Virus record (IMG/VR): IMGVR_UViG_3300037470_000856 | Location: 77,030-141,029 of that record | Length of the DNA stretch: 64,000 nucleotides | DNA from: a virus | Strand: one strand, 5' to 3' | Shown here: in pieces, positions 20,701-28,247 of the stretch | Layout: each line of letters opens with the position of its first letter | Numbering within the stretch: the first letter of the stretch is position 1 | Notes under the pieces: model-generated | Databases searched by the model: none | What the model was told of the DNA's origin: nothing | Seen by the model: the letters and a program-made list of their open reading frames with translations, nothing else | Program-made: the position numbers and the translations under genes

Positions 20701-20812
20701 GGCGCACGACCCGGCCGCGCTTGTTCTTGCCGAACAGCACCTCGTCGCCGACCTTGAAGTCGTCCTGCGCTGCCAGGTGGCGCATGGCCACGCGTGCGAC
20801 GAGAGCACTCAC
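14753..20812 (-). CDS. giant polyvalent protein (~2019 aa): SH3-like, ART-like, Ntn-hydrolase, topoisomerase IB, Zn domain, GNAT, coiled coil
   Basis: GTG 20812 overlaps the upstream TGA; GFYVT..LDNPL..GYDGV..EIVVL (ART-PolyVal-like); CIIAG..KNRDR (Ntn); RVGN/GKSG/KDLR/GH/SQYL (TopoIB catalytic set); RRGSG..LEKWYRGMGF (GNAT). Confidence 0.8.
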   Translation of the reverse strand: MSALVARVAMRHLAAQDDFKVGDEVLFGKNKRGRVVRLFDDDRGVPSVEIEPIPKGRKKNRVIGLYKIWRADRRKQAAYSREFLDLVKGQRFRNPDTGNDVVFDSLPDAEQRKVYERWSSSRRSDEMPLRTVEERGRKFETGTPVEFEFLRNTEKAPRAPKGSDPYQQKIEPAGFYVTHKTTDDDDDDPLPGYVTGTVKLDNPLVLAVNTDPDGLIYDDNSWKAQLERRYRKRGQALTKALQKDGYDGVVTVTEVRGKPYTSEIVVLDSGRSVKKTAMLREACIIAGRRFGDSLCLLKNRDRAYDAKLEIVHIEKDGTEMAVVLDTVTGYLEGVNEHGIAAVNTTLMVVRDEAEGKKKSPGKGKGKRPLTSKDGPKIYRALAFDNIDDAVGSLRTDNGGIRGHTFVADGNKLFSIECSKNHPAHVTELDSDRVNTRTNHGVNYPDAGYTHGDDYVSSIVRRWEAQKRLQDVRRPEAAAVALVKAIHDADSPFNPVRVTDKMRTTSQLTIDTTHPALFLYLVPEHAEVVRRRNLLPDDREPKIPVRVFRYRDKMEAREPDLGKMATCSAIAVRYKSKKKVKTKDGDEMTVYEYSDRQVADRNRKKAERVEKLRRQMKKLQTKVRKDVKSKDEKTRDLALAVGLMDETFERVGNDDSAKEGHFGVTTWRVKHITLGRGSVTVSYVGKSGVEQKKKISNPRVVSALKEACKGKKPNDCVLSVSAQEVNEYLEPLDITAKDLRGFHANREMKAQLRKVRKGKLPEDRKEREKKLKDEFKKALEATAEAVGHDPSTLRSQYLVPGLEDGYMKDGTVNESHTRKASDPKIMRTAALLGTDTERLILAHAGVAPVLVSRDRRWWLRNAPAVYRIAREHERPRPHVEGLEFDPQIFTILWYEDAHGNRLGGGDLGEYETWQPPEGAEYMHSQFPHVLHHSILRLNEDGTSTDVGAGESSYPTDLVNTMVRSGQWDVGDAIMVAAKSCERCLNVLLDHYGLDDGYPFDSEEYWRCGTRCDMCRHVDNSPEEQYRPRPNARLAAPTYDAYVQRKRREGGPALSREEWEARVMGVDDEDAPEREPPSREEWDALRKSMIERHSLTDSHAAYRPQHRHMSVDLIRVNEDRRGSGSASRAMEETLDWVDSNGVTVTFTPTSEFGSSKKHLEKWYRGMGFVPNKGPNKGRNKDFRFQDAMIRTPQAKTATKSPAEKEDEAVEKMLRTEPKKKPPRYDLRDNRTLDEEDPDLDGMGGGDKGDPDLSMKWNKVARRVALRHVMAEAPVQPKSGLSFEEWVKNQKFKHPETGNDVGFTSLPPDEQTKIREKWRGQQQPEEEGTDKGKKTEEDKERTTEDVHVELEQARDEMRDIEAQMGDLTDEIKDLKSKINQQRDEYLPHMGEGPGRQQLLDSMQKMQREMGRKQDELDDKKEEHADAKARVDELRRERKDPGFAKEKREEKLRQERAKKVERAVERAQTNMEEMLGKETRLPPDLATQIGGALNDLDEAQVESFSIDFQDTLKNLKQMDPSSEEAVDVASRAAKFGDLHGLTDPKELAERLAQLSYAERIVGNPMNIGGTPVGVTEMDSEKYSERAQAAFKQFERLPSSLRRRAADQVARALKGLDPETNRAQELNAILTGMNIAQVAVTGESLPGRPQPSKGMAALVKQMVVDGKGSELFRTTEDYFAEQARRKMQEGLDDMNFEQLGDLTTGGDEEHGYADLVDLMKNDGTPDVLRAMMKDFLVQDILNDQWGDRAVRDTMQAAGIADADDPEARAEVLGEATSRMKPRMEKVLEAQERIAEAQRNGEQPSAEDLEMVEGTFDPKKGTGLREKAKAILNTIRDKFDKVVISPASAVLNHFVQTGEREVLEQETLPHPDEKAKEPRSREEHEKAETSDRETPESADSEEVKDDEEHGPGDVWGTEQGNWRAKNEDGVPKSFKKRDEAERYADKGGDEDEKKPARGGEAPGEEFSAEFGDFEERGPTRFAVERVAQVWLERGRHGRMAGDWLAHVRSFHPDDPLRPVVVLDVA

Positions 20813-23800
20813 CGGCGCAGCTCCTCGATCACCCGGTCGGTCAAGTGTTGTCCCTTGACCGCGAGCTTGGGGTCCTGGAGGATGATGTGACGAGCCGTCG
20901 GCACGATGTGACGACGGTCGGGCCCGGGCAGCTTGAGGACGTCGATGATGCGGGGGTTGTCCACGGGCGGCTTGATGAGTTTCTCGACGAGCGCGACAGC
21001 GTCCTTCTCGGGCATCGAGACGGTCAGGGCTCGCAGGCGGTCGCGTCCCGACGGATCGAGGAAGGAGATCGGCGTGGAGGCGGGCACGCCCAGCTCGAGC
21101 AGGTCGAGCAAGAACTGCACCTTTCGGTTGCGCCGGAGCTGGTTCGCCATGTACGCGGCGAAGGGCTTCTGCTCCTGGATCATCTCGGACACCACGTCGA
21201 GCAGCCCGAGCATCTTCATCTCCTTGAGGGAGCGCCGGGCGGTCGGCTGGTTGAGGACGTCGTTGACGAGGATGGACGCGACGGCCTCCCATGGCATGCG
21301 CTTGAGCTTGGGCGCGTTCTTGCGGATCGACCGGATCACGTCGGGAGGGATCTTGAACCCGTACTTGCCCGTGAACTTGATAGCCCGGAGCATGCGCGTG
21401 GGGTCGTCGGAAAACACCCGGTCGGGCTCCTGCGGGCACTTGATGACGCGGCGCTTGAGGTCGGCTCGGCCGCACCCCGTCAGGTCGATGATCTCCGCCT
21501 TGTCGGGCCCGTGCGCCAGGTCGAGCATGCGCCACAGCAGCGTGTTGTGGACTACCACCCCGTTTGCAACGAAGGCCGGCTCGATCCCGTCACCCATCGA
21601 GATGTCGAATACGTCTTGGTCTCCGGCGTCCTCAACCGAGACGACCTCAACGTACTGGTATCCCAGTTCAAACAACCGTTGGAGTTTGACATGTTCACTT
21701 GCGCTGATAGCCATGAGGCTCGCCAGGAACTCCCCGAAATCACCGCGAACGTAAGCGTCGTGCAGAAGTCGTTTCGGACGGCGGAGCGCCTCCAAAATAC
21801 CGCTTTCGGCGACCTCACCACCCTCGTCCGTTCGGTACATCGAAGGTCCTTGGTTGTTTCCGACCCGTGTCCTGCGTCCCTTCAAAAACCCTTGGAGGTG
21901 TTCTTTCGGGACCCCATACCGGTTCCGGCTCTTGCAGGTCTGCTGCGCGTAGTCGAACCCCTTGGTCACCATCCACGGCTGGATCTTTTCCCACAGGAGG
22001 GCCGAGTCCACGGCATTGAGGTAGACGAACCTGTCCTTCACCTTGCTCAGGACGCCGTGAGCACCGAGGAGCGCCTGCAACTGCTGTCGGACATGAGGCG
22101 ACGCCGAGCAGAAGGTGATACGACCCGTGTCAAGTCGAATGGAGCCGTCACCCTCGAGGTAGGCGGCCAAGAAGGCCCACTGACTCCGCTCGTCGGCTTG
22201 GAGGATGGACCAAGGCACCACCTTGTGGTGAGAAGGAGACTTTCCATCCCGCGCACCTCCGCAGTACAGGCCCAGTTCATCCAGCCACCCCACAACTGCC
22301 TTGCTGTCGGCGTAGATGTCGTAGCCGTCTGAGTTCGCGACGAACTCGACGCCCCGCAAGACCCTCACCGAGCCCTTCTCGATCACCTTGTTCTGCAAAG
22401 GTTGGAACCCGAACACAGTGTTGAAACACTCGACGTAGCGGGAAATGAGAGCCCGATCCGAGTTGCTGAATGACACCCGCTTGTGTGTGTTCGATCCCTC
22501 AGCCACCACGCACCCGATCACGAACGCCAGCTCGGGCGTCATCGCTTCGGGTTTGTGCGCCGCCTTGAGAGTGCCGCGCTTCGGCTGTGCGGGGTCTTTC
22601 AACTCCAAAGTCAGCGGCTCCTGCCTCGTCACCTGCCGCACGGGAACGCAGAGAAGGTCGCCCTCTTCAAGTTGATCGGCCTGCACCCAAACGTGGTTGT
22701 GCCCTCGGAGGACCAAGACTGGATGGTGGTGCGTGCAGGAGAAGGAGTGGCCCCACTCGGTCGTCACCCGAAGCGTAGGGGCACAGCCGCTGTACTGCCA
22801 CCCCACAGCCACCGCGGGACCGTCTTTCCCCGCCACGGTCAAATTGAGATCCTGATGGTCTCCCTTCTCTCGAGAGGCGATCTGGTCGATGCGAAGGATG
22901 CCCCTCTCCGTAGGAATGAGGGTGTCTCCGGCCATGCAGTTGAAGGTGAACTCCCGGCGCAGGACGTCCTCCTCGATCGTCGCGGGGGCGACCGAGTGGG
23001 GCTTGTACCCCTTGCCGCCGCTGCCCCCGTAGCTCTCCTTGCGGGCGTTGGCGATCTCGAGCACCTCGCCGTCGAGATCCTCGCCGCCCACGATCCACGG
23101 CCCCTTCACGGTCAGGATGGCGACGCCGTACTGGTTCGTCGTTACGTTGGTCGGCGCCGGGATGTTCCGGGCGATCTGCTTGGCGAGCCAGTCGGAGTCG
23201 CGGCCGGCCTTGGTCATGTCGATGACGATGTCGATGTCCTTGATCGGCTGGTTGATCAGAAAGTTGCGCACAGCCCCGCCCACGACGTAGGTGTCCCGGC
23301 CCACCCCGAGGCGACGGGTGAGATCGGACAGCCACTTCATCAGGGCCACGTTTTTGCGATGGACGGAGCCTTCCACGGTCAAGGATGCTACCCGACGCCG
23401 GATCCACGTCGAGGCGACCTTCGCCGCGGAGGGCCCCATCTTGAGCTTGTGGACCTCGGGGAGCCCCCAAACCTCCATCTCGTCGAAGGCCCATGATCCC
23501 TCGGGCACGGGGCCGTCCCACTCGGCGTCCATGCCGGGCATGTAGGCGAGGGTGACGTGGGGCTTGTACTCGGGGAAGCTGTCCCCGACCTCAATGCCCG
23601 CGTCGTGGAGCTCCTGCTTGACGCGGTGCTTGAAGCCCGACAGATCCTTGTCGAACTCGACGGCGACGTGCGGGACGCGGCGATCCTTGTCGTGGTGATC
23701 GAAGTACTCGAGTCCGTTGAGCCGCGCCTCGCACTTGGGCCACCACTTGCGGCAGCACTCGCGGAGCACCTCGACGAGCTTCTCCTGCTGCTTCTCGCCC

Positions 23801-24915
23801 TTGAAGTCGCCGATGTAGAGGAACGTGACGTGGCTCGGAGAGTCGTCGTTCTCGCCCAGGCTCGGAAACTTCTTCGCCAGGTCCTTGGGCAGCGGGATGA
23901 ACATGCCGACGGACTCGCCGTCCCCGGTCTTGCTTCCCGTGGCCTTGGCTGTCTTGCCCTTGGGGTACTCGCCGTACTTCTCGCCCACGACGCCGTCGGG
24001 CACCCTGCGCTCGCGCACGATGTCCTTCGGCATCTCGGACTTCTCGTTCTTCCAGGCCTCGAAATGCTTCTCGCAGAACCAGGCGCGCCCGCGACCGTCT
24101 GCCCAGATGCCCTCGCGCTCGGGCGGCTTCTCGCATCCGGCGTGCATGCACTTCGACATGCTGTGACGGCTGGCGGCGTATCTCCAGAGCTGCGCCACCC
24201 GGATCGCGGTTTTCCGGCTGCCTCCGCGCCACTCCGCGAACTCCTTCTGCACCTGGGCGCGGAAGTGCGGACTCGTTTTGAGCAGCGTGGAGGCAGCTAC
24301 CTCGGGGTAGCGCTTCCGCGTCTGCGGATTGGTGTTCAGGACCTTCTTCTTGCCACCGTCGTAGCGTTCCGCGAGGAACTGCTCCCACTCGGCGCTGGTG
24401 GGCTTGCCAGGGTCCTTGGGAGGCTCCTTCTTGGGAGGCTCCTTCTTGGGCTCGGGCTTTTTCTTCGGCTGCTCCTCGGAGGCCGGCCCCACACGCTCTC
24501 CGTGGAGCGCGTTCTTGCCTCGGCCCAACTGGCTCGACGGGCGGTCCACGAGGGCGAACAGGCGTCCTCGATCCACAAATCTCAGACCGTGCTTCGGGGC
24601 CACGTCCGAGAATTCCATGAGGGGGCCCGAGAACAGGGAGGAGCCGTCGGGCTTCTTGATGTGCACCTCGGTGTTCGTCACCTTGTCGGCCCACGCCTTG
24701 GCCTCGTCCTCCGTCTTGAACCCTTGCAAGACGGCGCCGCCCCTCTGCTGGTGCGCGATCGCCTTGTGCCGGTCCACCACGCGGACGGGGCCCGAGGGCC
24801 ACTGGTTCGGGTTCACGTCGGCGACGACGGCGTAGTTGGCCTTCGCCTTCGCCACCCGCACGCGCAGCCAAGAGTTTGCGGCTTTCGTGAAGTTCTGAAT
24901 TGCGGAACGCGGCAC
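20809..24915 (-). CDS. multidomain protein: Zn finger + 2H phosphoesterase + CCA-adding/poly(A) polymerase-type nucleotidyltransferase with intein
   Basis: HVTF and HVTL 2H motifs; VVGGAVRN..KDIDI..EDVLRREFTFN..FSDDPTRMLRAIKF class II NTase motifs. Confidence 0.85.
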   Translation of the reverse strand: MPRSAIQNFTKAANSWLRVRVAKAKANYAVVADVNPNQWPSGPVRVVDRHKAIAHQQRGGAVLQGFKTEDEAKAWADKVTNTEVHIKKPDGSSLFSGPLMEFSDVAPKHGLRFVDRGRLFALVDRPSSQLGRGKNALHGERVGPASEEQPKKKPEPKKEPPKKEPPKDPGKPTSAEWEQFLAERYDGGKKKVLNTNPQTRKRYPEVAASTLLKTSPHFRAQVQKEFAEWRGGSRKTAIRVAQLWRYAASRHSMSKCMHAGCEKPPEREGIWADGRGRAWFCEKHFEAWKNEKSEMPKDIVRERRVPDGVVGEKYGEYPKGKTAKATGSKTGDGESVGMFIPLPKDLAKKFPSLGENDDSPSHVTFLYIGDFKGEKQQEKLVEVLRECCRKWWPKCEARLNGLEYFDHHDKDRRVPHVAVEFDKDLSGFKHRVKQELHDAGIEVGDSFPEYKPHVTLAYMPGMDAEWDGPVPEGSWAFDEMEVWGLPEVHKLKMGPSAAKVASTWIRRRVASLTVEGSVHRKNVALMKWLSDLTRRLGVGRDTYVVGGAVRNFLINQPIKDIDIVIDMTKAGRDSDWLAKQIARNIPAPTNVTTNQYGVAILTVKGPWIVGGEDLDGEVLEIANARKESYGGSGGKGYKPHSVAPATIEEDVLRREFTFNCMAGDTLIPTERGILRIDQIASREKGDHQDLNLTVAGKDGPAVAVGWQYSGCAPTLRVTTEWGHSFSCTHHHPVLVLRGHNHVWVQADQLEEGDLLCVPVRQVTRQEPLTLELKDPAQPKRGTLKAAHKPEAMTPELAFVIGCVVAEGSNTHKRVSFSNSDRALISRYVECFNTVFGFQPLQNKVIEKGSVRVLRGVEFVANSDGYDIYADSKAVVGWLDELGLYCGGARDGKSPSHHKVVPWSILQADERSQWAFLAAYLEGDGSIRLDTGRITFCSASPHVRQQLQALLGAHGVLSKVKDRFVYLNAVDSALLWEKIQPWMVTKGFDYAQQTCKSRNRYGVPKEHLQGFLKGRRTRVGNNQGPSMYRTDEGGEVAESGILEALRRPKRLLHDAYVRGDFGEFLASLMAISASEHVKLQRLFELGYQYVEVVSVEDAGDQDVFDISMGDGIEPAFVANGVVVHNTLLWRMLDLAHGPDKAEIIDLTGCGRADLKRRVIKCPQEPDRVFSDDPTRMLRAIKFTGKYGFKIPPDVIRSIRKNAPKLKRMPWEAVASILVNDVLNQPTARRSLKEMKMLGLLDVVSEMIQEQKPFAAYMANQLRRNRKVQFLLDLLELGVPASTPISFLDPSGRDRLRALTVSMPEKDAVALVEKLIKPPVDNPRIIDVLKLPGPDRRHIVPTARHIILQDPKLAVKGQHLTDRVIEELRR
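21544..22938 (-). mobile_element. intein with LAGLIDADG endonuclease inside the CCA-adding enzyme (465 aa)
   Basis: starts CMAGDTLIPT, THHHP, VIGCVVAEG and FLAAYLEGDG, ends VVHN followed by Thr. Confidence 0.9.
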
Positions 24916-24943
24916 GCGGAAGGTCTCCGCTAGACGGGACGCG

Positions 24944-24958
24944 ATAGACCGAAAACCG
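24944..24958 (-). promoter_or_regulatory. putative late promoter motif CGGT-TTTCGGT-CTAT
   Basis: 28 nt upstream of the 24915 start; matches the consensus. Confidence 0.6.
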
Positions 24959-24961
24959 TCG

Positions 24962-25498
24962 CTAAAACCCGCTTGGCCGTGATCTTCGCCGGGCCTGTCG
25001 GGCGGCTTCCTCAGCGGCCGCGGCCTCCTGCTCGAGCATCTCGGCCTCGCTCTCCGCGAGCTCGCGGGCGTGCTCCACCTGATCCCTTGCGTGCCGTGCC
25101 TGCTTCCGGGCCGTCTCGGCCCGACCCTCGGCGATCTCGGCCTTGGCTTCGCCGAACGACTGCACCCGCATCTTGCGGCCTCCCGTCATTGGAGAATGCA
25201 CATGGTCGGGAGGTACCGGAACGAAGGGCCCCGTCAGGTTCCTCGGATCGGCCGGCACCGTGATTCCCCCCATGTCGGGAATCGGAGGGCCTTCGTGGTA
25301 GGCCCCGCGCTCGGGGTATTCCTCGGCCACGCGATGACCTTCTCGGGCCTGCTCCATCTGGCGCTGGATGACGCCCCTGGTCGGCGCGAGCACCTCGACG
25401 ATGTGCTCCTCGGGATCCCCGTCTCCGGGCATCATGGAGGTGCGGTTCTCGATGAGTGCGTGGAGGGTCTCAATCTCCTCGTCCAAAAGGTCGGTCAC
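24962..25498 (-). CDS. hypothetical protein
   Basis: 178 aa, start overlaps the portal stop. Confidence 0.6.
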   Translation of the reverse strand: MTDLLDEEIETLHALIENRTSMMPGDGDPEEHIVEVLAPTRGVIQRQMEQAREGHRVAEEYPERGAYHEGPPIPDMGGITVPADPRNLTGPFVPVPPDHVHSPMTGGRKMRVQSFGEAKAEIAEGRAETARKQARHARDQVEHARELAESEAEMLEQEAAAAEEAARQARRRSRPSGF

Positions 25499-27477
25499 TC
25501 TTCGCTCTTCTTCCTGGTCCCGATCAGACGCTCGACCACCGCGTCGGCGATCTTGGCGACCATGTCGTCGGAGAGCTCAAGGGCCTTGGCGGAGGCGGTC
25601 CGGAGCGATGCGAAACGTCCCATGGGCCCCTCCTCCGGCTTCGTGTAGTCGAGCCCGAGCCGCTCGGCGATCTTCTCGGCGATGTTGGAGTTCTCGGCGA
25701 GCTGGTCTCCAGTGCGACCGTAGACGGACCGAAGCACCTCGTTGAACTGCGCGTCGTTGAAGGTGGCGAAGTCCCGCTCGAGGCGCTCCTTGACCACCAC
25801 GGGGTCGATGTTGAGCAGGTCGAGGATGGTCTCGACGTCCAGGGACCCCTTCTGGTAGAGTTGCATGAGCGCATCGAAGGTGTCCTGGTTGTCCCGGAGC
25901 GCGAGCCTCGTGAAACTCAGCTTCGGGTAGATGACGACCATTTCGCCGTCCGCGTCCTTCTCCACGAATCCCATGCGGCGGCACATGGGCTTGAAGAAGT
26001 ACTGCTCGACGAGACGCTGCACGTTCTCGCGCAGCAGCATGTAGCGCGTGTTGATGACCTCGAGGTTGATCCGGTCACCGCTGTAGGAGGACTCGCCGTT
26101 GAGCAGCGTCTCGGTCACGCCGAGGCCCGCGTAGAGCTGCCGGCTGATCAGGTCGTACTCGCCGGTGAGCTCGAGCAGGCGCCCGTTCGAGTTCATCTCC
26201 TCCCAGGTGACCGGGAAGTTCGTGACGATCGAGTAATCCGGGTCCTGAAGCGCAAGGTCAATCTGGTCGCGCAGGTTCTCCGTGTCAGACTCGCTCATGT
26301 CCTCCGCGTACACGAGCCGCACGGGCGTCATGTGGCGCGAGGCGATGGATGTCTGTGCCTGGCGGAGTTTGTCGAAGTAGACGAGGACGCGGAGGCAGCG
26401 CTGGAGGATGCTGTGGCCGCGAGGCTCGTACTGCGACTTCTTGTTCGCCATGTAGTGGACGAACGAACCCCCGTCGGGGTCCGTCGAAAGCGGAATGTTG
26501 TCGCCTCGACGCAGGGCTTCGACGACGACGGGGTCCATCGACTCGGCGACGCGCTGCGCGTTCCTGTCGCCCTGCTCCGCCATCTCGAGAACGTGTTTCG
26601 TCTTCGCGTCGGGGATCAACTCGATGATGACTTGGTCCGTGAACGGGAAAGTCTGGATGTGCACCTGCTCGGGAGGCAGGATGCGGATGTTCGTGAGACC
26701 CCGGTAGTTCTGCTTGAGCCAGTCGACCGCGAGGTCGTCGGCCTCGTCTCGCTCGACCCACTCCTCCCTCAGCGTGCTGTCGCGCTCGACGCGACGCACG
26801 ATCTTCTCCCGGATCTCCCGAGGCATCTCCGGGTTTCCATCCTCGCAGAAGATGAACACCTCGCCGATGAGAAAGTAGTCGTGGACGATCTCGAGCAGCC
26901 GCTGCAGCAGCCCGATGTTCTCCACCCACTTCTCGCAGAACCTCAGGGCCCTGTCCGCGAGGTCCCGGCTCTTGGCCTTCGGACGCGCGAGCCGGACCTT
27001 CGACAGGGGAAGCTCCGTGTGCAGGTCGATGGCCTGCCCGACGAACGGCTCGTTGTTATAGAAGAACCGGTAGTAGTTCCACTGCTCGTTGAGCGACTGT
27101 GGGAGCTCGAGGAAGTCGGGGGACAACTCGGGCGAGTAGAAGTTGCCCGCGGACGCCTGCGAGACCGCGCCGGGTCCCGCGTTGCCCCCGAAACCTCCGC
27201 CCCCTCCGAAACCTCCGCCCCCTCCGACCACGCCGCCACCGAAGCCAGTACCCCCGAACGAACCGGAGCCCGGGCCGCAGGAGGCAGCCACCTTGGCGCG
27301 GAAGCTCGTGGTCGCCTTCGACCTCATGGAGCCGACAACGACGCGCGATGGCTTGCCCACGCGGACGTGGGTCCGGTGGTTGGGCACCTCTGCGACGACG
27401 CGCTCGTCCTCGTTCCGCCGCGTAGACGCGACGGTCGCGGGGCCTGCGATCGCCTTACCTGATCCTTCCGCTGGCAT
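25495..27477 (-). CDS. portal protein
   Basis: YRFFYNNEPFVGQAIDLHTELPLSK, YFLIGEVF, RGHSILQRCLR, AGLGVTETLLNGE; downstream of terminase; Gly-rich N-terminal extension. Confidence 0.8.
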   Translation of the reverse strand: MPAEGSGKAIAGPATVASTRRNEDERVVAEVPNHRTHVRVGKPSRVVVGSMRSKATTSFRAKVAASCGPGSGSFGGTGFGGGVVGGGGGFGGGGGFGGNAGPGAVSQASAGNFYSPELSPDFLELPQSLNEQWNYYRFFYNNEPFVGQAIDLHTELPLSKVRLARPKAKSRDLADRALRFCEKWVENIGLLQRLLEIVHDYFLIGEVFIFCEDGNPEMPREIREKIVRRVERDSTLREEWVERDEADDLAVDWLKQNYRGLTNIRILPPEQVHIQTFPFTDQVIIELIPDAKTKHVLEMAEQGDRNAQRVAESMDPVVVEALRRGDNIPLSTDPDGGSFVHYMANKKSQYEPRGHSILQRCLRVLVYFDKLRQAQTSIASRHMTPVRLVYAEDMSESDTENLRDQIDLALQDPDYSIVTNFPVTWEEMNSNGRLLELTGEYDLISRQLYAGLGVTETLLNGESSYSGDRINLEVINTRYMLLRENVQRLVEQYFFKPMCRRMGFVEKDADGEMVVIYPKLSFTRLALRDNQDTFDALMQLYQKGSLDVETILDLLNIDPVVVKERLERDFATFNDAQFNEVLRSVYGRTGDQLAENSNIAEKIAERLGLDYTKPEEGPMGRFASLRTASAKALELSDDMVAKIADAVVERLIGTRKKSEE

Positions 27478-27518
27478 TGCTGCTCATCTCCTGTGGTCCT
27501 GTATTCTGTGGGTGCAGA

Positions 27519-27977
27519 TCACCCGACGTCGAGATCGAGATCGACCTCCACGTTGGCTTCGTCAAGCTCGGTCGTGCGAACGCGGCGAAGACAGTTCATG
27601 GCGTCCTTAATGGCACGGATGATCTGGACCTGAGCGCGGTGCTCGGCGCTGTGGCGAGGGAGGGAGACCTCGCACGCGTCCCGGAGAGCGGCCCGCAAGG
27701 AGCAACTGGCCGCGAGAATGTGCCTTGTCGCTCGGACGTTGGCCTCGTTCAGGGTCCGCAGACGGCGTCCCTTCTGGTCTCGGGCCTCGCGAATGGACGT
27801 CTCCCGGCGGCGTTCCTGCTTCTCGTGCCGGACCCGTCGCCGTTTTGCGGCCTCACGCTCCTGGAGCCCCAGGAGCTCCAGGCGGTGCGCTTCGACCTGC
27901 GCGAGGATAACCTCCCGGATCGTCTGGCGATCGACGGGAAGTTCACGGTCCTGGTCGTTGTCCTGACCTTCAGACAT
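27519..27977 (-). CDS. hypothetical protein
   Basis: 152-aa ORF between terminase and portal. Confidence 0.55.
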   Translation of the reverse strand: MSEGQDNDQDRELPVDRQTIREVILAQVEAHRLELLGLQEREAAKRRRVRHEKQERRRETSIREARDQKGRRLRTLNEANVRATRHILAASCSLRAALRDACEVSLPRHSAEHRAQVQIIRAIKDAMNCLRRVRTTELDEANVEVDLDLDVG

Positions 27978-27986
27978 CTCGACACC

Positions 27987-28244
27987 CTACCGAAAAGACG
28001 GCTCCTTGGTGACGTAACCGTGCTTGACGGCCAGCTTGAGAATCTTGCGGAGAAGCACCACGTCGCGAGCCGATCCCCTGAACAGGCGCTCCCACGAGCC
28101 GCCGGCTCGGGCGAACGCGCGGGCCACCCTGTCGAACTCCTTCGGCAGATGAAGGCACTTCGGCTTCATGAAATTGTCGAGTTGATAGGCGATGAACCGG
28201 TGGTCCGCCCGGTTGGGGTCGCCCGGCATGATCCCCTTCGCCAT
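27987..28244 (-). CDS. hypothetical protein
   Basis: 85-aa ORF directly after terminase. Confidence 0.6.
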   Translation of the reverse strand: MAKGIMPGDPNRADHRFIAYQLDNFMKPKCLHLPKEFDRVARAFARAGGSWERLFRGSARDVVLLRKILKLAVKHGYVTKEPSFR

Positions 28245-28247
28245 GGC

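Noticed and set aside
20813-21535. N-terminal 241 aa of the 2260-aa ORF
   Set aside because: Overlaps the CCA gene in another frame and is Arg/Pro-rich noise; the GTGA overlap at 20812 is the better start
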